A stretch of 63,308 bases of DNA, filler included, from Craspedostauros australis (GCA_030167865.1; 10 parts of 10 records of this genome joined end to end with filler, not necessarily neighbours in it); one strand, 5' to 3'. Shown: positions 12,284 to 24,200, counted from the whole stretch's first letter. The notes: a model not told the origin generated them from the letters alone. Numbers and translations: made by a program.

Positions 12284-14696
12284 GACACCTACTCCATGTC
12301 CTTCCATTCCATGTACTTTGACTTTCCAACATGGTCTCTCGCCAACCTACCGTTCGGCAAGGATCTCGGTCTCGACACCTTTTGGGGGAATGCCTTTGCC
12401 AGCGTCGTGCTCTACGATGTTGCAGGCAACGCAGGGTCGTCATCGTCGTCACGCAAGAATCACAGCAATCCACGATACTTCGTTTCCATGAATGTGAGTC
12501 TTTCGTTTACGCGCAAAGTGTCGTGTCATGGAGCAGTTTGGTATGGAGCCACAATTCACATGTTGAACGCACTGTTGTTTGATGATACTACTCTGCACAG
12601 TCTGATCTTTCTCTCACTTACATTTCTGTCTACACCCTCCTTCCCACATGACATCATCTCGGCTCATCGTTCCGTCTCTGACGCACACGGATGCACGTGC
12701 GTACCACGCTCGGACTGTACTCCACTCTCCTCTCCTCACTCTTCGTCCTGTATTATTAAAAAAACTCACCTGTCGATTTCAGATCCGCCACAAGGACAAC
12801 GAAGAGTACGATGCGCTGGGCCTGGAGAGCGGCGCCTTCTTCACGGACCAATTGATGGACGACGTGGATCAGTGCGGAGAACTCGAATCGGAGCATTCCG
12901 CTTCACCTTCCGCATCCGAAATGGAGTACAGCTCCGACGACGATGTGGAGTTCTTTGATACCGTGCAGATCCAGAACACGTGGCCGATCATTGACGAAGT
13001 CAACATCGACGCATCGGCAACGACGCCGTTCGATCTGCTCAGGGTGGCCGATAATTGCTGTCCATGCTGGATCGACGTGTGCGGCAAGCGGGGCAAGTAC
13101 TCCAAGGTCTTTGCATTCTCATTCTACCCAACTGGCGAGACCATCTTCCGATCCGCTTCCACAGCCAGTGGGCTGCTGGGTTCCTTCGCCAATCAACACG
13201 ACCTCATGAAGAAGTTTTCGCCACGGCTATCTTCGGAAGAGAAGACGCGGCGAGACTTGGGATTGCGCTTTGCGATGCTGTACAAAAAGCAAGGCAGAGG
13301 TAATATCGCAACCTTCATGCATCACAAAACAAAGCGGATGCGGACCATCTTGGAAAGGACGGCCGCGCGTTCGTCATTGTCGTCGTCGTCGTCCACGGCA
13401 GGGTCATCCACATCGCTGTCGTTGGACACAACGCATCTGCTGACATACGTGTGCAGAGCCTTGTCGGATCGACACTGGATCGAGGAACTGGCAGAGCTCA
13501 AGAACGGTTGCATCAAGCTCATACATCCTGGCAAGATGAAGCTGAAACTGAGAATCAAGATCTCCTCCATCACCCGCGTCGCGAAGTTGGAATCGCAGGA
13601 TTGTCCCAAACTCAACGGCTTCTTCTTCCTCACCATCGAGACGCTCGGCAGAACGTGCTGTTTGATGTTCAAGACCAAGGAGGGTCGCAACGAATGGGAA
13701 ACAGCCATCCAGCGGCTCATGTTCAACCACCAAGCCAACGCACCCAGCGGCGATGCCCAAAGCCTGATCTCAGAGCTGATGGAAGTCGACGATCCGATGA
13801 AGGAGTATCTGCACCATTCCTCCGAATGGGACTGCGGGAAGCGGAGGCTGCTCAATTGTCGGCAGCACGCATTCGCCGCCGGCGAGAAACTCAGCACGAA
13901 TCAGACTCTGGGCCTGGCGGAGCGAGCGCTTGCGCTTGCAGCTCGGATCCAGCAGCCATCCGCCACCAGCTCCGACCTGCGTGACTTCCTGGATGCCACA
14001 GCTGCCATCAAGCATGCGGACGTATTTCGATTGAGCGAGAATCAGAGGCTGGCATTCTTCATCAATCTCTACCACCTCATGCTCGTCCACGCATTCATTG
14101 TGCTGGGTCCACCGACGTCGGGCCTCGCGTGGGTGTCCTACTTCAACACGATCGCGTTCCAAGCATCTGACGATATATTTTCGTTGAGCGAGCTCGAGCA
14201 CAACATCATCCGGTGCAAGATGACCTACCCGTCCCAATTCGTGTCGCGCTTCATCCTGCCCAAGTCGACCTACCCATTCGCATTGTCCCAGGGTGATTTC
14301 CGAATCAACTTCGTGCTGCATTCCGGATCCACAAGCTACCCCATCGCCAACGTCCCCACTTACCGTGTCGAAACATTGGACGAGCAACTCTCCCGCACAA
14401 CCGCCGACTTCTTGTCCAAGACCGTGACGTTGGTGCAGAAGGGACGTCAGGAGATCTCCATCACGTTGCCCAAGGTCTGCCAGTGGTTCGCGATGGATTT
14501 CGGCGACGGCACTGCCAACGGCATCCTCCGCACTATCGGACCGTACCTTTGCGACGACAAGCAGTCCATCCTGAAGAGCATTTGGAATGAGAAATCGTCC
14601 AAGTTCGACATTTCGTCCTGGAGCATCAAGTATCTGCCGTTCAATTTCGAGTGTCAGAATCTGAAGATCGAAGGCACGGACGATTTCGAAATATGA
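12284..14696 (+). CDS. 5'-truncated multidomain protein: DUF1769-like + PH-like + DUF547; exons <12284-12493 and 12783-14696
   Basis: Phase-0 intron GTGAGT 12494 to CAG 12782. YSMSFHSMYFDFPTW..DTFWG is DUF1769-like. RHWIEE..FFFLTIETLGRTCCLMFKTKEGRNEWETAI is PH-like. RLAFFINLYHLMLVHAFI..FSLSELEHNIIR..DFRINFVL is DUF547. Confidence 0.8.
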
Positions 14697-15091
14697 AGTA
14701 CTGTGTTGTGCAGCCGTAGGGTCGAGATGTATTGTACGTACGATCATCTATAGTGCGTGTACGTACGAGCAGAGCATAAGTGTATGACATGTGTCATGTA
14801 CAAGTCTACCGCTAATAGAGTGCATAGTACAGTAAATAGAATAACTTCGAAGATCTAAGTATGCACGGGTATGGTACCAAAGAGGACCATGGCCGTGGAG
14901 TACAGCAGACGAATCACAACTTTCCCTGGTCATACTCTGCCTTTTATCACAACTTGATGGAGCAGCACTCCTTCACATTGTGGAGTAGGCATTGCAACAT
15001 ATTATAAGGAGGTTTGCATGTATGTATTCGCATACCAGGATGTATGTCTGGTCGATCATCACGCCTTCGCGCACTCACATCTGGTTCTGCA

Positions 15092-16117
15092 TCATGCTTC
15101 CCGTGGCCTCTTTTTTGTCTCTTTGTTCTCGAGCTCATCCATCTCTCGAGCGATTTCGTTGTCCTCCTCGTCACTTGCACTGAATGTCTCGAGGTTATCC
15201 AGATAATCCGGCAACCAAGGGCACCTCCTCTTAATCCAAGCGGCAATATCCTCCGCATCTTTCAGTTCCTCAGGGGTGGTGAGACGATTCGCATATTCCT
15301 GGGTCTTCCGACTACGCCTGCGATGATTGTCGAGCTTGTCCATCGATTCACTCAACAGTGGACTCACATCGGTCGGAAAACCTGCGTAAAGGGATGTTCC
15401 GTTGTCGCTGTCACTGTTATCGTCGTCTTCCTCATCGTCTTCGGGTGGCGCTGTATTCATGGCAAGCTTGTCTTGCATGCCTGCAACGCAGTACAACCGA
15501 TTCAAGCCAAACATGATGTTAAGGAGGCTGTGGTGAATCCTGTCTCTGATATCGCGGATATCTTTGTAGTCAATTGTGCTGGAATCGAACATATCTTTGC
15601 CTTGGACGCAGACCGTGAAGAGTCCCACTTCCCATCTCAAGAATTTACCTGCGCTGTTTGTGATCTTCCTCACGCCAGCAGTGGAAATGTATCCATCCGC
15701 AAGGTTGCTCGATCCCTCAGCCACAGTTGTGAGTGATGGACAGAAATTCTGTTTGGTTGGATTGAATTGGGGCGCTTCTGTCTCCCTGATCGTTTTCTCA
15801 AGATGGCCGCATGCCTCCCTCATCTTGAGAAGACCACCTGTCAGCTTCTTGTCCATGTCGAAAGTTGGCACCGCGGTCTCCTGACATGAAGCATCGAAGC
15901 CGTCGAGTGTGTCCAATTCCGAGATCAGTTCACGAGGATTGCTGCCAAAGTTTGGATCGACTTGCTTTGTTTCCAACCCGTCCCAACGGTTCAGCCGCAT
16001 GCGAGCCTCCCGGGCATTGAGACGTTCGTTCTTCTCGGTTTCCATCCACTCCATGACCTGAGCTGTGGTCATCTCTTCAAAGTTCTCGGGCTTTGTTGGT
16101 ATGGTCGGTTCGTTGAG
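15092..16117 (-). CDS. Hypothetical protein, open into the assembly gap
   Basis: Uninterrupted ORF of at least 326 aa with protein-like composition and an acidic tract. No family recognised. Confidence 0.45.
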   Translation of the reverse strand, partial: LNEPTIPTKPENFEEMTTAQVMEWMETEKNERLNAREARMRLNRWDGLETKQVDPNFGSNPRELISELDTLDGFDASCQETAVPTFDMDKKLTGGLLKMREACGHLEKTIRETEAPQFNPTKQNFCPSLTTVAEGSSNLADGYISTAGVRKITNSAGKFLRWEVGLFTVCVQGKDMFDSSTIDYKDIRDIRDRIHHSLLNIMFGLNRLYCVAGMQDKLAMNTAPPEDDEEDDDNSDSDNGTSLYAGFPTDVSPLLSESMDKLDNHRRRSRKTQEYANRLTTPEELKDAEDIAAWIKRRCPWLPDYLDNLETFSASDEEDNEIAREMDELENKETKKRPREA

Positions 16118-16218
16118 NNNNNNNNNNNNNNNNNNNNNNNNNNNNNNNNNNNNNNNNNNNNTTAATTAATTAANNNNNNNNNNNNNNNNNNNNNNNNNNN
16201 NNNNNNNNNNNNNNNNNC

Positions 16219-16280
16219 GGGTCCAAAATCTGTAGCCAATCATCGCCAAACATCGCCAAACATCGCCAAACATTTGGGTC
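16219..16280. repeat. CATCGCCAAA x3 microrepeat; similar motif at 58737-58793
   Basis: TCCAAAATCTGTAGCCAAT...CGCCAA...TTTGGGTC is present at both sites. Confidence 0.55.
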
Positions 16281-17349
16281 CGGCTCTTTGAGGCACTAGA
16301 GAGCAGAATAGTCGTACTTCATGTGACTGACAGCTCGTGGTGTGTTGAGATGTACATGTGAGTATATCCATGGTGATTTCCCTCCGGTACATGGCCTACG
16401 TGAGACGACTCCAGAGTCAAATGGGACCTTCCAAACGACTCTGGAGGCAAATTGAAGTTCATTTGACTCATGAGTCAAGCGCGCGTGCCGGATTTTGAAA
16501 AAGAAACTAAATGATCTCCAAGAAACACACGATGTCTCGTGTTGTGCAAAAACCTGTCTTTTTTTGTCCCGAAACCCATGAAACGGATCTGAGCCTCTCC
16601 TCAGCTTTCGACTGCTTCGATCACTCATTTTTTTGGCGAAATGTTGGATAATCGTAACACGAGGTCAGTGTGCCAACAAAAGTCGCATGAGTTGTGTCCG
16701 CTCCGACACGACCGGAGAGGTCAACACATGTTTTGGGATCTGTGTGAAATTATGTATACATATCACATTTGAGAATTCTCTCGGATGTTCGTTCGTTTCG
16801 GGACGCGCAACAAATCGCTCGAGTCGCCGCACATCGTTTCGTTGCTTGTTTCCACCTGTGGTCGATACGACTCGGCATCATCCCGTTACTCCGCATTACT
16901 CCAGCTTTCTATTTGAAACCTTCGTTGCATTTCATACATATTTTAGCTCGCAATTTCTTTCTATATTTATATAACTCAAGGTTTAAGCTGATTACATTGT
17001 TGCCCAGCCAATGCCATACGCGTGTTTCCACTGTCCGATTTGATCTCGTGTTAGGTGTGACGCAGAACGGTTATCAAGTCGATATGTACGTGCAAGCGGT
17101 GGGATTTGATTGTTGTCGCCAGGACCCTCCCTTCACTTGTCACAGTTGCCTTCTATATGTGTATTAATGAGAACTGATGGGTTTGTTGGCGAGTTCCATA
17201 GACGGATGCCTTGCAATCATGGAAGACGGTGTTGTTGTCTGGTATTATGTTTGCTGTTTCACTACGTAGACACTCCGATCCTCTCGACGTCTCTTCTCTT
17301 GCCCGATGATCTTGGCGTGTCTCTCTCGTTGGTCCAACTATGATTTGGT

Positions 17350-17992
17350 ACACAAGATGCTCTCTCACTCTTGCTTGTACTCTCTCTCTCTCTCAATATT
17401 GCATGTTCATACAACATGATATTCGTACTCGACGCGTACTCCGCATACAGTACATACTCCGTCATTTCGTTCTCTGTTGCCCCAGTACTCCGCGAGTAAT
17501 CGCCAATACTCCCACACTGCTTTCCTCCTTGCATACTTACAATCTCGATGTTCCTTGGTCATCGAATCTTTGCCTCCTTGATCTGATGTTGAGACAGCTG
17601 TCGACGTGGTGACATGTTGACATCCTGTCGATGTCAGCTGTTGGTTCCACTTTCCTTCTAATTCCACATTCTATCGATGATGCAATGGTCTGTCAGATGA
17701 TATCGTCATCTGAGGTTTAGTTGGGAAGTACCTCGAGATTCTCTTGGTACCATTGATGGATGGTCCAATGATGTTCCTGATTCTCTCAGAAATCGTTGCT
17801 TGCAAATTTCCTCCAGAAATTCTGCTCATTTTCGTGTGTTCCATTTGTGGTGCGATATTGGCAAATCACAGTACACTATCGACACGAATGTACTGTGATG
17901 TCCGTACATGTATAAGAGAATATTGGGGCAACGATGTACATATACTCATACATCTCGACATATACTCACATGTACATCTTGACACCCTTCCT
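17350..17992 (-). repeat. 3' LTR (left boundary uncertain) and polypurine tract of the adjacent copia element
   Basis: On the minus strand AGGAAGGG (17992-17985) is followed directly by TGTCAAG (from 17984), just after the RNase H stop. Confidence 0.65.
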
Positions 17993-18004
17993 GTGTGCAT
18001 TCAG

Positions 18005-19257
18005 TCATTCGAATGTTCTCGATGTGTCAAGGTACGACTTCTCATGTTCACGTTGTAAGTCGGCCTTGATGTTCTTGGTGAATCCGTCGCTTGTATTCTG
18101 CTCGGATTTGACGAAAATGATTTCGATGGTTTTGTTGATTACCATGTTCCTCACGTAGTGATGGCGCACGTCGATGTGCCGCGATCGTTGGGATGTCGAT
18201 GGGTTCTTGGCAATGAAGATCGCTCCAATGTTATCCACGCGGACCTTGATCGGTGTCTTCACTGGAACGCCACACACTTTTGAGTAGCTGCATGACAAAG
18301 AAGATTTCCTTTGCCGCTTTGGAAAGGGCAATGTATTCTGCTTCGGATGAGCTGAGTGTGACAGCCTTCTGTGCCTTAGATTGCCAAAGGATTGGTACCT
18401 TGCACAGGTATAGGATGAATCCCCCTACGCTGATTCTTGTATTCTTGTCTCCTGCGTATTCGCTATCGCAACAGAGTTCCATGTCCCAGCCGTCGTCGTC
18501 TGGACGTGCTGGATGGATCTTCAATCCATAGTCCTTCGTATCGATCACATACTTGATGATCCGGTACATCTCCTTCATTGTGGCCTTGGTGGGCCCGATC
18601 AATACCTTGGAGAGTTCCCTCACAGGGTTTGCGATATCTGGTCGCGAGTTCTTGATGAGGAAGAGTAGCATACCGACGCCTTGGCGGTATTAGGCATGTT
18701 CTTCCGGTCTGACCTTTTGTAGTCCATTGTCTTCGGATGGTCGTACAATGATTTGACCTGGGGTTCCCGGTGTCGTGTAGCGTTGCATCTTCTCAACCTT
18801 GGTTCCGAACTCTTCGATGAGATGTCGGATGAGATGTGGTTGACGCAATGTCGCCTTAGTCTTGTCATGGTTCAGTTCGATGTTGTAGCTGAGGTAATCT
18901 CCGAGTCCGTGCTCGATTGTTACCTTGAACTTGCTGTCCTTCAGGAATGTCTCCAGTGCCTTGGAGTCTCCGCAGCAGAAACAATTGTCCACGTAGATGG
19001 CCACGATCATGCTTCCTTCGTTCGTCTTCCTGTAGAACAGGCACGGGTCTGCTGCGCTCTGTTCGAAGTTGANNNNNNNNNNNGTCGATACCAACATCTT
19101 GAACCATTGCCTGGCGCTCTGCACAAGTCCGTAGATTGGCTTGTGTAGGGTCAGGGCTTCGTCTGGTTGATGGTCCATCCCATTGGGACAGTTCATGTAG
19201 ATCTCCTCGTCGAGGTCTCCATGTAGGAATGCCGTTACGACATCGACGAGTGCGCAG
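18005..19257 (-). pseudogene. Ty1/copia pol fragment (RT + RNase H), disrupted
   Basis: DVVTAFLHGDLDEEIYM, IYGLVQSARQW, YVDN (degenerate YVDD), SRPDIA, CDSEYAGD, VTLSSSEAEYIAL, VDNIGAIFIA and RSRHIDVRHHYVR. Contains a stop and a frameshift. Confidence 0.95.
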
Positions 19258-19429
19258 NNNNNNNNNNNNNNNNNNNNNNNNNNNNNNNNNNNNNNNNNNN
19301 NTTAATTAATTAANNNNNNNNNNNNNNNNNNNNNNNNNNNNNNNNNNNNNNNNNNNNGTTGCGAATCATCATGTCCCTCCCAATGCACAACATCCTTCCT
19401 TTTGCATCCCCAGCTACATTGGTACAGGC

Positions 19430-20648
19430 GTGGGTGGTCTATCATACTCGACATTCCACCCCAACAACAGCATGGCGACTCCCACTTCCAACTACATGGG
19501 TCCCAACCGCTTTGGTATCATGCCTTGCAAGCAATGTCTGACCCTGTTCTGCAGTCACTGCAGTAGGCCACCATTTTGCCCAAACTGTGCATCATCCATC
19601 CGCGGAGATGTACATCATGCAGGTATGAACACCTTTGTACCGCAGGCCAACTCGTTCTCTGTTGGGATTCGTGGTCAAGCTGCTGTGCCCACACGTCCCA
19701 AGCGCAAATCATCAGCAACCAGACGCAGGTCGCCACATCAGCAGGCAGGAGATGATGTGCTTGCGCAACGAGATGTTGCTGTGTCCATGGACGAACGCGA
19801 GTCAGATTCTGCAAGTACGAACAGTGCCGATGACACCGATGTCGAGTATGTTCCAGAAGCAGAGGATGCTGTAAATAGAAAAGGACTACTCACATCTATC
19901 TTCAAATCAGCAGGCATTGGCATTCGAGCAATTTCGAAATTCCCTGTGAGTGGATTCAGAAGCATCCCACCAAGGGGAGCCAAGCATCGCTGGAGTGTCA
20001 TCAAACGAATCTGGAAAGAGCTGTGTAATGGAACATCCGANNNNNNNNNNNNNNNNNNNNNNNNNNNNNNNNNNNNNNNNNNNNNNNNNNNNNNNNNNNN
20101 NNNNNNNNNNNNNNNNNNNNNNNNNNNNNNNNNNNNNNNNNNNNNNNNNNNNNNNNNNNNNNNNNNNNNNNNNNNNNNNNNNNNNNNNNNNNNNNNNGTT
20201 TTGGCAATGACCTGTGACTCCAGGCGCTGCACCCGAATCCTGGCCGCGCACTACGGTAGCTTGTCGAAAGGAGACAAGGCGAAGGTCGCACTGGGACGCC
20301 GAACCATGTCTCGTGCAGCACACAGGAGACTGTCGCACGCTGGTGGTGCGATCCTTGCCGGAGGCCAGTTCCCACACGCAGACTACAAGTACCGTGTCAA
20401 GGAATCTAGTCTCCAGGGCGTGATCTCGTTTCTCACCTCCATGTCCCAGTACCGGCCAGGCATCACAAGGAGCGTGAAGTTGGCTGGTGTTCTGTTCCCA
20501 GACCTGCCTATCTTCATTCGCGGATCAACACCTGATGCAGAACTCTTTGTGAAGTACAAGAACACAACAGATGACCCTGTCGGCAGGCCTGCCTTCATGA
20601 GTATCCTGACATTGCTCACACGACGTGGCAAGTGTCAAACTGGCCTGT
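19430..20648 (+). mobile_element. Putative Sola3-like DNA transposase, N-terminal part, with a Cys-rich N-terminus
   Basis: RVKESSLQGVISFLTS..G..RSVKL..LPIFIR..LFVKY..PVGRPAFMSIL..KCQTGL resembles the block I recall preceding the catalytic core of Sola3-type transposases. N-terminal CKQC-x4-CSHC-x5-CPNC. Truncated by the gap. Confidence 0.5.
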
Positions 20649-21790
20649 NNNNNNNNNNNNNNNNNNNNNNNNNNNNNNNNNNNNNNNNNNNNTTAATTAA
20701 TTAANNNNNNNNNNNNNNNNNNNNNNNNNNNNNNNNNNNNNNNNNNNNATGCGTTGTTGCAATTTGCAAGTGAAATAGCATAGTTGGCGGCACACCAAAG
20801 GCAGCAGCAGCTGTACAAAGGAGTTGCAGCATGGTTGCCATTAAGGTGCCATTGGCTCTCTTTCATGTCCTCTTGGCCCCACTTCTGGGATCAACCACAA
20901 GCACCAGCATGAGGCAGCAACCTCCAAGACAATTGGAAGTAGGGGCCACCGCTTTTCTCACATCCATCATCATGATCTGGACTGTGGTGCAATGGACATT
21001 TTATTGCGCTGCCAGAAGATTGAGTACCCTGTCCTTGCAACAACCATCAACTTGCGGCAGCAAGACTGTCACCATGATCTGAATCCTTTTGTCTGCACAG
21101 AAGTCTTTCCTCTTCTTGTGTACCGTCGATTCCAATATCTAGATGAGACTTGTAACAAGAAGTACGCAAAGGGCTCTTGTCTGAAGCTGCACAGTGAGGA
21201 ATTGGTAAGGTGAATCATGAAGACTGTTGATGACAACAAGTTGGAACAAAACAAGCAAGTTNNNNNNNNNNNNNCACAGCATTCACTAATTTGATGCATA
21301 CAAGAGCGGTGAATGAACGCAAGTAGAATGCGGCAAGCCCTGTAACATCGAGCACCTTGATAGTAGTGGCGGTAGGTAGTCATGTAGCCTAATTCAGTAC
21401 GGAGTATTATGCTGTATTGCGATCATAATGTGCAGCAGGGCTGTCTCAAAATGACGACTCGTAGATCGCGACAAGCAAGCCTGTAGTCGACTAACGAAGC
21501 CCGCATCTACCCGAACAGAAACGAGGCAAATTGAACGAAGGCCTGATACCGAGACGGAGGTATGTCATCGACCAAATTGGAGAAATGACGTCATATGGTG
21601 ACGTATTCTTGCGACACCATGAAGACAAAAACAAGTCTGATGATGACGTGTTCGTGAGCCGACAGCACTCGGGAAGAAGTAGTGGAAATATTAGTTACAT
21701 GGTTTACCGCGGCTCCCGCTTAGTCCCTGTACCGTTAATTGTGGTCTCAACACATGTCGCACAACCGGCCGAGAAGAGCAGAGAAAAAGG

Positions 21791-21980
21791 TGAAAGTACT
21801 CCAGACTCGACGAAAGTACTCAAAACTCGACGAAAGTACTCAGGACTGGGTGAAAGTACTCCAGACTCGACGAAAGTACTCGAGAGTAGGTGAAAGTACT
21901 CCAAACTCGACGAAAGTAATTAGGATTAGGTGAAAGTACTCCAGACTCGACGAAAGTACTCTGGATTAGGTGAAAGTACT
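21791..21980. repeat. Tandem array of 20-bp units with core GAAAGTACT, about 9.5 copies
   Basis: TGAAAGTACTCCAGACTCGA largely alternates with CGAAAGTACTC-variable-GG, with an exact 20-bp period. Confidence 0.95.
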
Positions 21981-22259
21981 GTTTCGATGAATAACCGAAA
22001 TAACGGTTATTACCTAATATTTAACGTCCTCAATGGTGTCAACGGAGTTTGACTAATCAGAATAATACATTGGTGCACAAATGCCACGTCAGCATTGACA
22101 TTCTTGGACGTTTCTTCGATCGTTTCGTCGAAATTCCCGTGTCTTGCTGAGAGCATCAGATATTTGGTCTGCCCATCCATTCGACAGAAACAAGTGACAT
22201 CAAGTCCAGGTCGAAATATTTCACAACTATACCCAAAATGACAATAACTTTGCCTCCCA

Positions 22260-22540
22260 TCCACATCATCATTGGAATATGGAATGTGAAGGAGTATGGA
22301 ACGACAGCTGGCACTGACATGATGTCATGTGTCCCACATCAACAGCTGACTCCACATCAGAACAGAATTCAAAGATTCTATTACTGTGGCATCATGGAGA
22401 TCATGGATATGTGAAGGAGGAGTTCAACCAAGACATTGAAAACTCCGCATGAAGCAGTAGGTCAATATGAGACAGGACAATTGAGTACGTATCGAATACA
22501 GAGTATCGCGCAGTGACAACATGGAGAGAGAGAGTGTTGG
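22260..22540 (+). repeat. Diverged LTR relic related to the copia LTR at ~17380-17690, inverted
   Basis: CATCATC..GAATxTGGAAT..GAAGGA..ACAGCTG..GATGTCA..ACAGCTG..CATCAGA..CAAAGATTC aligns to the reverse complement of that region. Confidence 0.6.
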
Positions 22541-22568
22541 AAGGCTCCACGCACGGAGAATTGGTAGT

Positions 22569-22995
22569 CGTCACACTCTTTGGCTGTAAGTGTTTCCGTT
22601 ACTTGCTACTGTTACTGTTATCGATTGTTGATGAGCGAGCGTGCGGAATGAGATGATCAAGATGCTCTCTTGATCCATCTCTTCCTTGCTCTCATTGCTG
22701 GTGCAATACTCTTGCACCTCTATGCACATGGCTCTCCTTGTTGCTTGCTGGTGTTGACTTGATTTTTGTGTTGTTGTTTCTCTCTCGTTGTCTCGTCGTT
22801 GTTTTGTTCTCGGGTTTTGTTGAATCTGATGATTGATGGAATCTGATGGATTATTTAAAACATATTTCATTCTCTGTAGACCTGGTAGGTAAGACCTTGA
22901 TGTGATGTCACATGCGGTGGATACTGTGGTATCCGCTGGTATTGTGATATCCTGGTATTGTAGTATCGTAGTATCCTCGTGGTATCGTTGTGACA
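22569..22995. repeat. Possible solo LTR
   Basis: Bounded by CGTCACA...TGTGACA (7-bp inverted ends, one mismatch) with internal GGTAT(C/T) repeats. No TSD found. Confidence 0.3.
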
Positions 22996-22999
22996 TCAT

Positions 23000-24200
23000 T
23001 AGGCTTGGGTCGTGATTCTGCCACCAAATATTCTTGATGGCACGCAAGTGTGACTGATGCATACACATCCAAGTACACACATTCCAACAATGTTGTCCAT
23101 CTCGAGGTCAAGCCCAAGGGTGTCATCGCTCCCGGAAAGAGACATGGTGCATCGGAAACTCGCGCCGAATGGATCACCGATGAAATGGACCCCAGGACTG
23201 AATCTGGATCAGAAGGGACAGTCGTACTCAGGATGGCCGCTGACGCATGCGTGGGGATGTTCGCAAGCTCTCCAAGTGGCAAAGGCATGCGGGCTGCAAT
23301 CTTGACGCAGTAACGGGACGGAGCTCGCGTTGCAGGTATTAGAGCACTATCGAAAAATCACAAGGGGTGAGCAAAAGCAAAGTACCATGCCGGGATTCGA
23401 ACCCGTAACCTCAGTTAGAATTACTGGTGCTCTACCGTTGAGCTACAGGCGATGCGATTGCTGATCCGAACACAAGTGAAATTTATAGATAGTGGGGGCT
23501 ACGGGAGTAACGTACTTAGCACTATTCGATTTTGTGCTGATAGCAGGATAGAAAGCACAGCTGGGATGGCAACTACATCGGGTTGATGTTCCTGAAGGAC
23601 AAGGTTGCACAGGAGCTGCGGCCCTGGCAATCGCTCCTGAGCGTTGTAGTGAGCCTTGTCAATGATGAAATGGGCCGTTGTTTTCACTTGGCCCATGGAT
23701 ACGTCGTTCTACTCAATGTTGGACGCTGTAGCAGTGTATCCCAGGAAAACGCCATCACAGGAGTGCCGATGCAGCTTTGCCCTTGGCTGTCCAGGTTTGC
23801 GCGCAAACATCCTGGAGCCAAGAGCCCGTAGGTGTACACAATCGGGACTCTACCATGGTAGGCCTCATGTGGCGTGTGGCAACTGGCGAGTGCCATAGTT
23901 GCTTCTTCAAATACATGGAATGCCACACAGCATTGCATGTATTGCGGCAATAGGCCACTTGAGAAGAGAAGCCCGCTGATGATGCTGTGGCATGCGTTAG
24001 TGGAGTAGTTTGGTGGATGGCTTCATTGGTGTGTTCATGCCATGACAGTGTCTCGTGGTCGTTGACAACGCTGTTGATACCAAGCTGCGCAGTGTTCCTC
24101 TACTCAGCACACATTGAGCATATGGTTGTTGGAAATCCGGGGTGGTGTTAGTAGTAGAAGACTAATCGATATTAGAATCTACTCTTTCGAACTGTGAGCT
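23000..24200 (-). pseudogene. Degenerate diatom copia (CoDi-type) integrase C-terminus and linker
   Basis: Across frameshifts: TPHEAYHGRVPD..HLRALGSR..KPGQPRAKLHRHSCDGVFLGYTATASNI..GQVKTTAHFIIDKAHY..PGPQLL, then PLPL and FIGDPFGASF..GSDDTLGLDLE. Confidence 0.75.
23383..23452 (-). tRNA. tRNA-like pseudogene / tRNA-derived element
   Basis: The minus strand carries a D-arm/A box TAGCTCAACGGTAGAGC, a stem CAGT-aattcta-ACTG and a T-arm/B box CGGGTTCGAATCCCG, followed by TTTGCTTTT. The acceptor stem is poorly paired and there is no U33, so it is not a canonical tRNA. Confidence 0.7.

Noticed and set aside
20749..21500. Continuation of the Sola-like transposase
   Set aside because: No catalytic motifs were found in the frames read, and it is separated from that ORF by a linker.
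21791..21980. CRISPR array
   Set aside because: The period is only 20 bp, spacers are near-identical, there are no cas genes, and the context is eukaryotic.
23383..23452. Functional tRNA-Glu(TTC)
   Set aside because: The acceptor stem has about three mismatches and the anticodon loop lacks U33.
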